From positions 47,306,001 to 47,370,000 of the forward strand of contig OZ024747.1 in the NCBI GenBank assembly GCA_964016885.1: a stretch of DNA of 64,000 nt, in the 5' to 3' direction. The notes below the pieces were generated by a model that was not told where the DNA came from, searched no databases, and saw only the letters and a program-made list of their open reading frames with translations. This document shows positions 62,321-64,000 of this stretch, one piece after another; within the stretch, counting starts at the first letter, position 1; each line of letters begins with the position of its first letter. The position numbers were made by a program, and so were the translations under genes. The DNA is from Eledone cirrhosa. Lineage: Eukaryota.

Positions 62321-63026
62321 TGTACACATATATAAACGTTGCAATATAACTTCTAATATAGCTTCGGACATCGCCTGGTTTGTCTGTTCTTTGTTGTTAT
62401 TTTATTTTATTGCTGTTGTTTGTTTGTTTGTTTGTTTGTTTTTTTCTAGTCGTATTCTTGTTTATTTTTTAATAATTGTACCTGTTCTAACTGTTGTAGT
62501 TGATGTTGCTGTTGTTGTTGGTGTTGCTTTTATTTCTATGTAATTCTTTAGATTAAGTGAATTCTGAATATAAAAGAATTTTTTTTTTTTCTCCCTCTCT
62601 CGATTTTCTATATATCTGATTTGTCTTATCTATTTTACAACTGATAACGTAGCTGTTTTATCAACAGCAAACACCACATTTTTTGTTTATTCGGCTTATT
62701 TATTTGCATTTTCTCTGCTTATTTTATTTTTTTGTTTTCATTTGTTTTTATTTGAAATATTTGTTTGTTTGGTTTTTTGGAGAGGTTTTGTTTTTTGGGG
62801 GGTTTTTTATTTGTTTGTTTTTTTTTGTTTTTTGTAGATTTTTGGTGTTATTATTTTGCGCTTTCAGCAGACATTTTCAAGACTGTTAATACAATTTCTC
62901 GGCCTCCGATTTTATAAAAGTCTGACACCGGTTGAAAATTTGTACAAGCTAGCTTTACAGCTTACAAATGAAACATCCGGGCAACGTGAAGTCAAGTAGA
63001 ATATCGGCGTTATTATGATTATTTTG

Positions 63027-63200
63027 TGGATTGGCAGTATCGGTAGAGCGTCGGACAATATGCTTTACGGCATTGAGTTACCGCCTTTTCTGTTCTAAGT
63101 TCAAATCCCACCGAGGTTAGCTTTGCCTTTCATCCTTGCAGGGTCGATAAAATGAAGTACCAGTAATACACTGGGTTCGATTTAATCGACTTTCCCGTTT
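63027..63200 (+). mobile_element. SINE S1, diverged long variant
   Basis: A-box, B-box and core. Confidence 0.8.
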
Positions 63201-63256
63201 CCCCAAATCATTATCATTATTTTGTTATTTTGTTTCTCATTATTTTATTTCTCAAG

Positions 63257-63450
63257 GGCGGTGGATTGGCAGTATCGGTAAAGGGTCGGACGCCATGCTT
63301 TGACGCATAGAGTTACGGCCCTTGCCATTCTGAGTTCAAATCCCGCCGAGGTTAACTTTCCCTTTCATCCTTACGGGGTCGATAAAATAAACTACCAGTA
63401 ATGCACTGTGGGTAATTGCTGGCCTTGTGCCAAAAGTAGAAACAATTATT
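63257..63450 (+). mobile_element. SINE S1
   Basis: Full motifs, with TTATTTTGTTTCTCATT repeated at ~63225 and ~63446. Confidence 0.88.
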
Positions 63451-64000
63451 TTGTTTCTCATTTTCGACGGACGTATTGATATCAGTTCTAGAATGTTTGT
63501 TGTTAACTGTTGATCAGTTCATATATATTACTCTCTAAAAGGGACACTCCATAATATAAATGCCTTCGGCCCAAATATTTGAACTTCATTCTTTCAAGAA
63601 AATCTTTTTTTATCAAAAATATGGACGGAATACGCCCCACAAAGTTAAGCCAGCTGTCACGTGAGAGCGGCTCAAACGTTGACACCGCTCCTACCACCAC
63701 CATTACGAACGGTGCTACCATTACCAACACTATAGACACCATCGCTGACAACAACAATAACCAAAATTCATCCTGTGCAGCAACTGCTAACACAATAGAT
63801 TTTCCATCTTTGCCAATGTTTACGTATGTTAAACGCCGCCATCCTGACCCCTTCTACAACACTAACAAGCACATCCAACACCACTAACACAACCACCAGC
63901 GCCACAACAACAACTGAAACAAAAATCAAAATTAAAACCAACACAGACAACTGCGAGAACACAAAAAATAAGAGCATGGGCAGCGATAACAGCAAGAACA

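Noticed and set aside
63503-63793. Minus-strand peptide HLYYGVSLLESNIYELI, faintly kinase-like
   Set aside because: No other kinase motifs, no convincing splice sites, and an immediate stop.

Overview
Eukaryotic, AT-rich, microsatellite-saturated non-genic DNA. The SINE types suggest a cephalopod such as octopus, but that is inference. No host gene is supported, and most short ORFs in the track are (TA)n/(CA)n/(GA)n translations. The window is built almost entirely from mobile elements. (1) A young head-to-tail array of Tx1/L1-clade LINEs (46.6-57.2 kb) sits inside one (GATA)n microsatellite, with two intact 1.15-kaa APE+RT ORF2s, one zinc-knuckle ORF1, several 5'-truncated copies and a second subfamily. 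(2) Many Penelope-like element (PLE) pieces sit in (TA)n tracts, carry hammerhead ribozyme motifs and repeatedly show an inverted architecture with one long and one short outward-facing 3' end. (3) Two R4/Dong-type RLE LINE fragments sit in (TAA)n. (4) There are also tRNA-derived SINEs, a deleted hAT/Charlie transposon, MITEs and RTE/Tx1 relics. Coordinates were read by eye and may be off by a few bases.
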